NCBI GenBank assembly: GCA_965217115.1
Contig: OZ244239.1
Location: forward strand, 1-64,000
Reading direction: 5' to 3'
From: Bdellovibrionales bacterium
GTDB taxonomy: Bacteria; Bdellovibrionota; Bdellovibrionia; Bdellovibrionales; CAYMLA01
Length of the DNA stretch: 64,000 bases
Both the position numbers and the translations under genes were made by a program. Within the stretch, counting starts at the first letter, position 1; every line of letters begins with the position of its first letter. Below, piece after piece: positions 18,440-27,861 of this stretch. The notes beneath the pieces are model-generated. The model was not told the DNA's origin, did not search any database, and worked only from the letters and a program-made list of their open reading frames with translations.

Positions 18440-21400
18440 ATGAAAAACAAAGAAACAAATAGAAGAGCACAAAGAATCTTGTCTATGTCATGGCTGTTTC
18501 TTTTTCTAGTCTCTTGTGCTGAAAAAAGACCTGTTCAAATTGCTCAAACCTCCGCCCATAACCTCTTGGAGATAAGTGATTTTCAAGGTAAAGAATATGA
18601 GTTGCAAACAAAAGGGTCTGTTCATTCTGGTTCTTCGTTCACGAATGCAAAAAAAGTCACAGTGAGTAAAGCAGCCAAAGGGGTTAATAATTTTGGTCTC
18701 GTAGGCTACGAAACGACATCGCCACATCTTGAAGGTGTTTCTTTTTTTGGAAAAACAGAGACGACGTATAAATTAAAATATGAAGTTACTAGCGATTATC
18801 TGGTTGTCTCAAAGATCTCTAAAAAAGAGGATTTACCTTTCCAGGAGCTGACTTATGCCACTTCTATCGGAGAGGACACCTATAAAGTTCCCATGGTAGG
18901 TTATCCAGTGACTCTTTACAAGCTCGTCAGACGGCGTAATCATAATAATGAATTAACCCATAACCTAGATAAAGTAAGGGTTTATAGTCTTAAGGAAGCA
19001 ACCCATCTTGATATCAATTTTAGAGGAAGACGGGAATTTAATGCGATTTCAAAGAACAATGTTTTCAAGGCGAACTTTTTTGAAGGAGAATGGTTCTACG
19101 CTGCGACGGTTGTGTCAGCATCACCTGATCAGGCGAACTCTATAGGTAGAGATCTCAGTATGGATTTTAAGGCAAGGTCGGTTTCCCGTATTCGATTTGT
19201 TAAGAGATTTAATAATCTTACCAGCTTAAACCTCAATGTCGATGACAACCTAGACGTGAGCGACGATATTAATTTGGAGGACACGGTTGATATTCCTTCG
19301 GTGTACTTTGATTATAGACAAGATAAAATCGGAGAGAGTCCTCTTTTGAAAGAAATCGCTATTGGAAACGATCATAAAGAGCGTCGCCTATTTGACAAGA
19401 GAGATTATATAAAACTTAATTTTGCGAGTGTGAACTCTGCATTAACAAGGCGTGGTCACCTAAATAAGGTTGGAGCTATTTTAGATAGTTTAGAAATAGA
19501 TGGGAATTATTTTAGTTTTGTAGTTTATTACCCTTCAGATGAAGTGAAAATCCGTTATGCTTTTAGGAAAGCCCATAAGCCTAGAGAAGGGCGCATTTAT
19601 TTTAAACCTGACAGGAAGATATTTGGATTTTTCTCTGCGAGAAGAGATGCAGTTCTAAACCATAGGTATGAGAGAGAGGACGCACAGGATAAGTTAAATA
19701 TGCTGAATCGATTCTATCCAAAAGATGGTAAAATCGTTTATTATTTTTCTAAGCAAACCCCAGAGCATATGAAGGAAGTTGCAAGAGAATCTATTAGGGT
19801 TTGGGATGAAGCTTTTCAAAAGGCTGGCACGGGAATAAGAATTGTTTTGAATGAGAGCAGAGCTATTGATTTAGGTGATATTCGTCACAATATAATTAAT
19901 ATCATTGACACAAAAAATGGAGGCAATCTCTTAGGGTATGGCCCAAGTGTTGTTGATTCATTGTCTGGAGAAATTATTTCGGCATCAGCGAATATTTATG
20001 TGGACCCCTTTAGAGAAATCTGGATAGCCCACCTTCGAAATTATATTAGAAGTGAGCTGAAGATGTTCGATAGAGCAAGTCTTGGTGTGCCTGTTCTTGG
20101 AAAAATGGAAGGTGATCAAGGTGGAACGGATCAATTTGTTAACAGCATGCTCCTGAGCTCTTTGCAGAGTGGTGATAGGCATGGAGATCAGCATGGAGAT
20201 CAGCATCTGGATTTAACTGCAGAGAAGATTGGTAAAATTAAAGCCCTTGTAGATAAGGAGATGGGTACTGCCAAAAAAATGCCATCTCTAGAGGGCATGT
20301 TCCATAACAGTCCATTTAATAGCTCCCATAAGGATGTTGTTGAACAGATTAAGTCAAAATGTGGTGCCAGCATTGACTCTTATATCCAAGAGCTAAAGAG
20401 ATTAAAGGTAACCCATACGGGGAAGGAGTTGAAGGTCCTTGGCAGTTGTACAGATATTCTACTCCATGATTCTATTGTATCGACGATTATCCATGAACTG
20501 GGACATAACTTTGGGCTTCGACATAATTTTAAAGCATCGGTGGATGCGGAAAATTTTCTTGTCGATTCTCAAGGAAAAGTCACATTGGAAACATCCTCTG
20601 TTATGGATTATTCTTCGACGGTTAGTGGATTAACTAAACCTGGGGCTTATGATATTGCGGCAATTCGCTTTGGCTATGGAAACAGTGTGCTCCTTAAAAA
20701 TGGGAGTACTGAGCCTATCAGTATAAAAGAAAGCTTGAAAAAACAAATTGCTGAGAAATCTCTCGACGTTGTTAAATACAAATTCTGCACTGACGAGGAC
20801 GTCCAAGTCGTGGACCCTCTATGTCAGAGGCATGATGCTGGTGTAAACCCAAAAGAGATCGTAGAAGATATTATCAGGGATTTTTATTCTAGCTATGTAG
20901 TGCATGGAAATCGTTACGATCGGGCTAAGGGCCTGCAGTCTGGGAGATTTTCGCTTATTCATTTGCAGAGGACACTTCTTCCTTTGAAGAATATATATGA
21001 TCAATGGCGTTTTTATCTTAGAGAATTTGTTGGGGCAAGAGAGCAGTACTTGGAAAATTTTTCGCCTGAAGAGTTTAAGGCAGTACTGGATAAAATGAAA
21101 AACTCTCCAGGTCGTTACGGGAAATTCTATAGCGATTATTACGAGGCGAGTGAGCTAATTTACGATTTCTTTAAGAAGATTATTTTTAGTCCATCTAAAC
21201 TATGTGTCGGTACTATGTCTAGTAGTTCTAAGAAAGACGTGAGGTTTATTAGTTTTAAAGAGGTTAAAGAGGCGGTTTTTAAAGCCAAGGGTGTCACGAT
21301 TGATTCTTGCTCCCATGCTGCTGCGATTGATATCTTTAAATCTAAAGGGCTTAGTCATAGAGGAGAGTTTGGCTTCTTCCATGGAGATCAAAGAAAAACT

Positions 21401-22408
21401 TTAGATATTTCAGATGAAGATTATGATGTTGTTGACACCGTTGGTTTTGAAGATCTAAGATACCTCGCCTTCATAGTTCTGGCTCAACGGGAATCTATGA
21501 TGGGGCATTTAAGAGTTAATCAATTCAATCCAAATTTGCTAGACAACCCCTTTCATCGTGAGGAAATTGTGAAAATGGCGTTGGAAAGGGTTTTAGATGG
21601 CATTGATGGAAAAGATTTCGGTTTTGAAGGAAGCAAGTGGAGTGGATTGGTTTTCTCTAAGGAGAAGGTTCTTCTCAAAGACATGTTTCTAACTATTGTC
21701 AGAGGGCTTGGAGTTCCTGGTAATTTTGAAGAGTCTAATAGAAGGGCACTCCTATTTACTCCTAATGTGACAGCTGATCCAAGGGAAGTTCCTAAGGGTG
21801 CTCTTGTTATAAAGTATAGACATGTGTACATCTTCACAACAGCTGCTTCCGGGACACCAGTTCGGATCTTTATTAAAAAAAGAGAAGAGCTCGTAGCTTC
21901 TTTAGCTGGTATTGACGCTAGTATTCCTGAGTTATCGGAGCAGGCTGGTTCTAAAACCTACAAAGCCCTTCAAGATGCGGGGCAACTCAAGACAGCGATA
22001 GAGTTGAGGGAAAAATTTCTTGTTAAAGATGTGATTAGTTATGTAGCATCTTTAGGAGAATTTATTCAAACGGCCTCTCAAGAACAAGCTGAAGTAGTGA
22101 CTGTTGTGAGGACCCATTTCTCTGTAATGTTTGAGTTGTTTGGAAGAGTACCAGAAGGTTTTGATCAAAGCCCGGAAGGGAAGGTTATTCTCAATAAATC
22201 TTTAAAAACTTTTTTAAGTGAAATTGATAGAGGGATTTCTTTCGAACAATTTGTAGAACTCTACTCTGAAGAGTCCCTTAAAGAGGCCATTAAAAGAATA
22301 ATTCAAGCTATCAGTGTGGAGAGGAATAAAAGATCTGAACTGGGCCCTTATATGGAAGAGCTTGAAGCGCAGCGAGATATTATCACGGAAATATTGATCG
22401 GGCTATAA
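18440..22408 (+). CDS. Large zinc-dependent metalloprotease lipoprotein (metzincin)
   Basis: Lipobox LVSC; HELGHNFGLRHNF (HExxHxxGxxH); Met-turn SSVMDY; GAYDIAAIRFGY. Confidence 0.88.
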   Translation: MKNKETNRRAQRILSMSWLFLFLVSCAEKRPVQIAQTSAHNLLEISDFQGKEYELQTKGSVHSGSSFTNAKKVTVSKAAKGVNNFGLVGYETTSPHLEGVSFFGKTETTYKLKYEVTSDYLVVSKISKKEDLPFQELTYATSIGEDTYKVPMVGYPVTLYKLVRRRNHNNELTHNLDKVRVYSLKEATHLDINFRGRREFNAISKNNVFKANFFEGEWFYAATVVSASPDQANSIGRDLSMDFKARSVSRIRFVKRFNNLTSLNLNVDDNLDVSDDINLEDTVDIPSVYFDYRQDKIGESPLLKEIAIGNDHKERRLFDKRDYIKLNFASVNSALTRRGHLNKVGAILDSLEIDGNYFSFVVYYPSDEVKIRYAFRKAHKPREGRIYFKPDRKIFGFFSARRDAVLNHRYEREDAQDKLNMLNRFYPKDGKIVYYFSKQTPEHMKEVARESIRVWDEAFQKAGTGIRIVLNESRAIDLGDIRHNIINIIDTKNGGNLLGYGPSVVDSLSGEIISASANIYVDPFREIWIAHLRNYIRSELKMFDRASLGVPVLGKMEGDQGGTDQFVNSMLLSSLQSGDRHGDQHGDQHLDLTAEKIGKIKALVDKEMGTAKKMPSLEGMFHNSPFNSSHKDVVEQIKSKCGASIDSYIQELKRLKVTHTGKELKVLGSCTDILLHDSIVSTIIHELGHNFGLRHNFKASVDAENFLVDSQGKVTLETSSVMDYSSTVSGLTKPGAYDIAAIRFGYGNSVLLKNGSTEPISIKESLKKQIAEKSLDVVKYKFCTDEDVQVVDPLCQRHDAGVNPKEIVEDIIRDFYSSYVVHGNRYDRAKGLQSGRFSLIHLQRTLLPLKNIYDQWRFYLREFVGAREQYLENFSPEEFKAVLDKMKNSPGRYGKFYSDYYEASELIYDFFKKIIFSPSKLCVGTMSSSSKKDVRFISFKEVKEAVFKAKGVTIDSCSHAAAIDIFKSKGLSHRGEFGFFHGDQRKTLDISDEDYDVVDTVGFEDLRYLAFIVLAQRESMMGHLRVNQFNPNLLDNPFHREEIVKMALERVLDGIDGKDFGFEGSKWSGLVFSKEKVLLKDMFLTIVRGLGVPGNFEESNRRALLFTPNVTADPREVPKGALVIKYRHVYIFTTAASGTPVRIFIKKREELVASLAGIDASIPELSEQAGSKTYKALQDAGQLKTAIELREKFLVKDVISYVASLGEFIQTASQEQAEVVTVVRTHFSVMFELFGRVPEGFDQSPEGKVILNKSLKTFLSEIDRGISFEQFVELYSEESLKEAIKRIIQAISVERNKRSELGPYMEELEAQRDIITEILIGL

Positions 22409-22439
22409 ATTTTAGTGATCTGTTTTACTAGAACTAGAG

Positions 22440-22465
22440 AGGAAGACTTAGCGTCTTCCTTTCTA
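22440..22465 (+). terminator. Putative intrinsic terminator
   Basis: AGGAAGAC-ttagc-GTCTTCCT followed by TTCT. Confidence 0.6.
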
Positions 22466-22500
22466 TTGTAGATGAAGAGAGACTTTGCTATGCTTTACCT

Positions 22501-24681
22501 GTGGGTAAGACTTCTGGATTAAAGAAATTAGAACGACGTTTAGGTTTTGGTGCTGTTGTTGCCATCAGTATAAGTGCTATGTTAGGCAGCGGTATTTTCG
22601 TCTTGCCTGGAATGGTGGTAGCACAGACGGGGCCATCAGCGTGGTTGGCTTATTTTTTTGCAGCGCTCTGTGTGCTGCCAGCTGCCCTGTCTAAGTCTGA
22701 ATTAGCTACGGCAATGCCATCATCAGGTGGAACCTACGTCTACATTGAGAGAACTTTTGGGCCTTTGGCAGGAACGGTTGCAGGCTTAGGCCTGTGCCTG
22801 TCTCTTCTGCTTAAGAGTGCCTTTGCCCTGGTGGGGTTTGGGGCCTATTTATCTGTTTTGGCGAATGTTCCCCTGCTGCCAATGGCCCTGCTGTTGTTGC
22901 TGATAATTACCGTTCTTAATATACTTGGTGTGGGTAAGATTAGTAGTGCAGTTATGGTGATTGTGGCAGTGAGTTTAGTGGGCATCATCAGCTTGAGTGT
23001 TGTGTCGATGTTTAACTTCGATTACTCCCATTTTGATAATTTTCTATTAAACGGTCATCTAGGTCTTATGGAAGCGACATCCCTTGTTTTTATTGCCTTT
23101 GCAGGAGTGACTAAGGTAGCAGCTATCGCTGGAGAGGTTAAGGACCCAGAAAAGAACTTACCCAAGGGGATATTAACATCATTGCTTCTGGTGACCATTG
23201 TTTACTGTGTATTGAATTTTGTAATGCTTGGGCAATTATCTGTGGAGGAGTTGTCATATAATCTAAAGCCTGTTCATACATTAGCGGAAAAGGTAGGTGG
23301 AGAGATACTGGGTATTATCGCGGCGTTGGTGGCTGTTGTGACGATGACATCTATGGCAAATGCAGGGCTCTTAGCGGCTTCTCGTTTTCCCTTTGCCATG
23401 GGTCGTGATGATTTATTGCCCAGCGTATTTGGTCGATTAAATCCAAGGAGTCTAACGCCTGTAGTGAGTATTTTAGCTTCAAGTTTGATTATTGCTGTGG
23501 CGATTTTACTTCTGGATGTGGGAAAAATTGTTAAATTAGCCAGCGCATTTATGTTGATGATCTATATGGTAGAGAATGTGGCAGTTATTTTACTGCGAGA
23601 GTTGAGAGTGCAGTGGTATAAGCCGCAGTATGTATCCCCTTTTTATCCCTGGGTTCAGCTCTTTGGTATTCTAAGCGGAATGGCACTCTTGTTATCCATG
23701 GGAATGGTTGTGATTCCTGCGTTGGCTTCTATCGCTATTCCGGGAGTGTTATTATTCTTCTTTTACAGTCGTAAGAGATCAACGCGATTAGGGGTCCTAG
23801 GGATCCGTGGAAAACGATTAGAATTAATGGGAGGGTCTATTATTGATGAAAACCGTAAACTTCCTGAGTTGGAAGAAGCCTTTGACGCCAATACAGTTGT
23901 GGTTCTCTTTGGTAATGAAAGATCTCCTGAGATGGTTGTGGAAATGGGAATGGCTCTGAGAGAGAGTGGAGAATTAGAGGTGGTTCAGCTCTATGAGGTG
24001 CCAGAACAGACGGACTTAGATGATGTTTTGCAAGAGTCTTCTTTTACCCGCTCTCTGAAGAGAAGAATTGATGAAATGGCTGTTGTGAAGAAGCAAGAGG
24101 TTCGGTTCGATCCCATTGTCTCCCACGACCTTCTAAAGTCTATCTATGATATTAGTCAGAGCTTCCATTGTAAATGGTTAGTGAAGGAGTGGGGTGGAAA
24201 AACGAGGGGAACTTTTACTCTGAATAATCAAATCGGTTGGTTACGGAATCACTTACCTTGCCATATGGCTATTTTCAGAGATGCAGGGATTCGTTATATA
24301 AAGAAAATCATGGTTGTGCTGCATTTAGACAATGACAATGATTTTGTTTCAAACACAGCAGAGCATTTGGCTTCGGTCCATGGGGCCGACATAGCTTTTG
24401 TGGCTTATTTAAGCACAAAATCCTCTGATGAGGATGTTCGAGCCCACGCAGAGTTATTAAATAAAATCTGTTTTCGCTATGAGGGGTCCTCTCAACAGCT
24501 CTTGAGAGGCAAGAAAGAAGGGGAGACTCTATTGGCCGAAACAGTGGAATACGATTTACTTGTCTTAGGTGTTCACCCCATTGAATCATTGCAAGACCAG
24601 TTATTTGGCACAAAATATGATAAAATTGTCGCTAAGGCCTCATGTTCAGTGGTCTCGATTCAACAGAATCAGTCGAAATAA
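22501..24681 (+). CDS. APC-family amino acid permease with C-terminal USP-like domains
   Basis: GSGIFVLPG, SELATAMPSSGG, GEVKDPEKNLP; C-terminal YDLLVLG..LFG..KIVAKASCSVVSI. Confidence 0.88.
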   Translation: MGKTSGLKKLERRLGFGAVVAISISAMLGSGIFVLPGMVVAQTGPSAWLAYFFAALCVLPAALSKSELATAMPSSGGTYVYIERTFGPLAGTVAGLGLCLSLLLKSAFALVGFGAYLSVLANVPLLPMALLLLLIITVLNILGVGKISSAVMVIVAVSLVGIISLSVVSMFNFDYSHFDNFLLNGHLGLMEATSLVFIAFAGVTKVAAIAGEVKDPEKNLPKGILTSLLLVTIVYCVLNFVMLGQLSVEELSYNLKPVHTLAEKVGGEILGIIAALVAVVTMTSMANAGLLAASRFPFAMGRDDLLPSVFGRLNPRSLTPVVSILASSLIIAVAILLLDVGKIVKLASAFMLMIYMVENVAVILLRELRVQWYKPQYVSPFYPWVQLFGILSGMALLLSMGMVVIPALASIAIPGVLLFFFYSRKRSTRLGVLGIRGKRLELMGGSIIDENRKLPELEEAFDANTVVVLFGNERSPEMVVEMGMALRESGELEVVQLYEVPEQTDLDDVLQESSFTRSLKRRIDEMAVVKKQEVRFDPIVSHDLLKSIYDISQSFHCKWLVKEWGGKTRGTFTLNNQIGWLRNHLPCHMAIFRDAGIRYIKKIMVVLHLDNDNDFVSNTAEHLASVHGADIAFVAYLSTKSSDEDVRAHAELLNKICFRYEGSSQQLLRGKKEGETLLAETVEYDLLVLGVHPIESLQDQLFGTKYDKIVAKASCSVVSIQQNQSK

Positions 24682-24685
24682 AAAA

Positions 24686-24703
24686 TCTCTCTCTCTCTCT
24701 CTC
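24686..24703. repeat. (TC)9 microsatellite
   Basis: tctctctctctctctctc directly after the permease stop. Confidence 0.85.
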
Positions 24704-24746
24704 CACCAATGATGAGAGTCCCTTAAGCCCAGTACAGTTGAAGTTT

Positions 24747-24790
24747 TACGACGATAGCTTGTACGACTATAGCTTGACGATTATAGCTTA
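24747..24790. repeat. Short tandem repeat, 3x about 15 bp TACGACTATAGCTTG
   Basis: tacgacgatagcttg tacgactatagcttg acgattatagctta; overlaps the PLD stop codon. Confidence 0.8.
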
Positions 24791-26239
24791 CTGAGGAGGG
24801 CAGCCAACATATCTCTTCTGTTTAGGGTTGTACCCCGAACAATGCCTATGCTTGTTAAGGGCCCTAAAGATTCCAGGGGCACTTTTAACGACTTTTCTAC
24901 GGAGTTTTTTAATCTCTGAGAATGTTAAAGAGATGGATTTTTTAAGATGTAAGGGATAAGCTCCTCGATTTTTTGTGGTGAAGAGACTAAGCACGTCCTT
25001 TCTGGGTGAGTCATTTTTTGTGCGGTTGAGATTCCATAGGTTCAAAAATTCATCATAGAACGCTTGATAAAGATTTTCGAACTCTGGACCTTTAAATACA
25101 ACCATATTATCGAACTGATTGTGCTCGGCTGTTCGCGACAGGTTATAAGAGCCAGTGAAGAGCTTCACGTGGGGGGTCGCATAATCAACCAACATATACT
25201 TGTGATGGTTCAAACGCCAGAAGCGATATGATGGGATATGAGAATAGTACTTAACTCTTACTGGAGGGGGAGAGCTGAAGTTCTTTTTCCAATCTTGGAC
25301 AAATTGGGGCGTCATTTCTTTGTTGTTTGGATATGATTTATACTCTTGATTATCTACAGTTAAAAAGACTTTAATATTGTTTTCTTTTACGACTTCGATG
25401 AGAGCATCTGAAATAGCTCTGATATTAAAGTGATTAAGGGATAGATGGATGCTTTTCTTAGCGCTCTTGATGGCCTGAATCATTTTGTCACGTACAGTCC
25501 ATGTCTGGTTCTTTTTGCCACCTTTGCGGACCAACTTAAGCAAGCGACCTTGCTGAAATAATTTGGATGTACTCTTGTTTTCCTTTAATGTGAAATTCAT
25601 TGAACTGGAGTATAGAACTGCGCTGGATGAGGCTTTATCATTTCGGATTTTTCTAGGTTCGTTAATTGAAGGAACGCCGTCTATAGCCGGTGCAAGTCCT
25701 TCGCTGTGGGTGATCATGTCGCGACTGATATTCCAAAGTATGGAAAATTCACGGGAAAAATCTTGTATTAAAGAGAGCTCGGCATTGGAGAGATTTTTAT
25801 CGAAGAAAACAAAGTTTTCTGAATACGTTGTTTTTGCTGAGATACTCATATTAGCACTTGTATTGACGAGAAAATGCCCATCAATAAGGACAAATTTTTC
25901 ATGCATGTTTATGGGAGAAACTTTGAAATGGGCCCCTTGAATCTCTAATTTCTGAACTTTTTTGATGATGGAGTCTTTCCTACTAAGAGGAGGGTGTAGA
26001 ATAACTCGTACATCGACGTGGTTCTTTAATGCGGTCTCAATGGCTTTATCTAGGTGGGAATTACTCCAGCTGTAAACAGTGATATAAACATAGTTATTTG
26101 CTTTGGCGATAGAGTCAAAAATATATTGAAAGGTCTCTTCACCTTGCTGGGGAGAGAAAGTAGGAACAGCAGCATATGCAGGAAAAACAAAAGTAAATGG
26201 CAGAAGGGCTCTAAATAAATTATGGATATGTTTTTTCAC
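24788..26239 (-). CDS. Secreted phospholipase D-family protein (two HKD domains)
   Basis: HEKFVLID and HHKYMLVD..TGSYN; signal peptide ending AYA. Confidence 0.88.
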   Translation of the reverse strand: MKKHIHNLFRALLPFTFVFPAYAAVPTFSPQQGEETFQYIFDSIAKANNYVYITVYSWSNSHLDKAIETALKNHVDVRVILHPPLSRKDSIIKKVQKLEIQGAHFKVSPINMHEKFVLIDGHFLVNTSANMSISAKTTYSENFVFFDKNLSNAELSLIQDFSREFSILWNISRDMITHSEGLAPAIDGVPSINEPRKIRNDKASSSAVLYSSSMNFTLKENKSTSKLFQQGRLLKLVRKGGKKNQTWTVRDKMIQAIKSAKKSIHLSLNHFNIRAISDALIEVVKENNIKVFLTVDNQEYKSYPNNKEMTPQFVQDWKKNFSSPPPVRVKYYSHIPSYRFWRLNHHKYMLVDYATPHVKLFTGSYNLSRTAEHNQFDNMVVFKGPEFENLYQAFYDEFLNLWNLNRTKNDSPRKDVLSLFTTKNRGAYPLHLKKSISLTFSEIKKLRRKVVKSAPGIFRALNKHRHCSGYNPKQKRYVGCPPQ

Positions 26240-26520
26240 TTCAAAGCTCCTCAGCTAGAGTTTATTTTTTGTTTAAATAACGTTTCAATATATAGGCCCT
26301 TATTCATTAAATGGGGCTGAAAATAAAGGGTTATTTTTTTTAGGAAATTCCTCTTTAAGTAAATTTAGGGGTTTGCAGGCGTATAGGGTAAATTTTACAG
26401 GAGATTTACTGTTCAAGCTGTATTTTAAAAACTAAAATAACGATGATTTTAATAAGGCTTATTGACATGGGAGAGACCTTTTTCCATTATTAGCCTGTAC
26501 AGCGATTATTTTTTTGTGGA

Positions 26521-26940
26521 GTGATATTTATGGCAGATTGGAAAGAGAAGCCAGAGTCTTATTGGAAGGAAAAATTAGATAAGGAAGAGTACCGAGTGTG
26601 CCGTCGTAAGGGAACTGAAAAACCTTTTTCAAGTGATTATCATAACAATAAAGCCGACGGAACCTATATTTGCAAGTGTTGTGGTTCTGAGTTGTTTCAA
26701 TCAGGGCATAAATTTGACTCAGGGACGGGTTGGCCAAGTTTTTTCAAGCCCATATCTGAGGAAAAAATAGCAACGGCTCCCGATAATTTCTTACTCCGTA
26801 AACGAACAGAAGTCTTATGTAGACAATGTAACTCCCACTTGGGTCATGTGTTTGACGATGGCCCTGAACCTACAGGAAAGCGTTATTGTCTTAATTCTGT
26901 GGCACTTAAATTTACAACTGAAACTGAGGGATCAGGATAA
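26521..26940 (+). CDS. msrB: Peptide-methionine (R)-S-oxide reductase
   Basis: GTEKPF, KFDSGTGWPSF, HLGHVFDDGP..RYCLNS; ATG at 26530 is an alternative start. Confidence 0.97.
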   Translation: MIFMADWKEKPESYWKEKLDKEEYRVCRRKGTEKPFSSDYHNNKADGTYICKCCGSELFQSGHKFDSGTGWPSFFKPISEEKIATAPDNFLLRKRTEVLCRQCNSHLGHVFDDGPEPTGKRYCLNSVALKFTTETEGSG

Positions 26941-26952
26941 TAGGTCAAGCTT

Positions 26953-27465
26953 CTAAAAATAAAAAATAATTCCTGCTCGCAAGGGATGGTCGCCAAAAGT
27001 CCTGAATCTCACGCTGTCATCTATGGAAGTTACGCCGACCCCCGCTTCAAAAGAAAATCCAAGACTGTTTAGCCCTGAGAAGAAATACTCTGCTCCTATG
27101 AAGCCTTGAAGCTCGAAGCCTGATGTTGTTTTGCTATTTATTTCTTGGCTGACAAAACCAAGACCAGCGCCCATATAAAAATTGAGACTATCTTCGCGAA
27201 AAATAACCTGATTTACGCGGGTCATAAAGCCAAATTTAGAGTGATTTTTTTCAGTATCGAGTCCAAGGGCGCCTGAAAGAGCGATATCAGGTGTGGGGTA
27301 GTATTGTGCAGCAATGGCAGGCATATCGATGCTAAATTGGTTTTTATAACCCACCCCGAGGCGGTTAACTAAGGTTTTAGCATAGACGGCTTCTGAGCTT
27401 AGGATAGGGATTAGCATAACGATCAGATAGATAGCCAGAGACATTGTTGTATTAAAGATTTTCAT
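26953..27465 (-). CDS. Small outer-membrane beta-barrel protein
   Basis: Signal peptide, FYMGAGLG, GAEYFF, C-terminal GIIFYF. Confidence 0.75.
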   Translation of the reverse strand: MKIFNTTMSLAIYLIVMLIPILSSEAVYAKTLVNRLGVGYKNQFSIDMPAIAAQYYPTPDIALSGALGLDTEKNHSKFGFMTRVNQVIFREDSLNFYMGAGLGFVSQEINSKTTSGFELQGFIGAEYFFSGLNSLGFSFEAGVGVTSIDDSVRFRTFGDHPLRAGIIFYF

Positions 27466-27518
27466 GGCAACCCCTTAGTGTTGTTATTTGGTAGGCATAG
27501 GGTAATGGTAAGTTAACT

Positions 27519-27854
27519 TTATGGTGAAGGCAAGGGATGCTTGGTGTTAGGTTTTTTGCCAGAGCGAAGCCGAGATACACAGTTGTCGAGTTCAGCTCCT
27601 TTCATGGTAGAACTGTATTTATGGCAGAGGTAGATGGCGTTGGTCAGGGGGAGGATCTTTTTATCAACCTTTGAAAGTTGAGATTTTGTGAGAGTTTTCT
27701 TCTGCTTAGTCTTCTCCTTTTGGAGTCGATGCTTTTTACGTATCTCTTTCCAATAATACTTCTTATTGGAAGAGGGTTTGATATCTGCTTGTGATCTATT
27801 GTTGTAAGTAAAAAGTGTTACAAAAATGGCTGTTGTGAGGAATATATTTATCAT
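27519..27854 (-). CDS. Small basic secreted hypothetical protein
   Basis: Signal peptide, Lys-rich, GGT/AGG-type RBS; directly downstream of 27862-30195. Confidence 0.6.
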   Translation of the reverse strand: MINIFLTTAIFVTLFTYNNRSQADIKPSSNKKYYWKEIRKKHRLQKEKTKQKKTLTKSQLSKVDKKILPLTNAIYLCHKYSSTMKGAELDNCVSRLRSGKKPNTKHPLPSP

Positions 27855-27861
27855 AGAGGAC

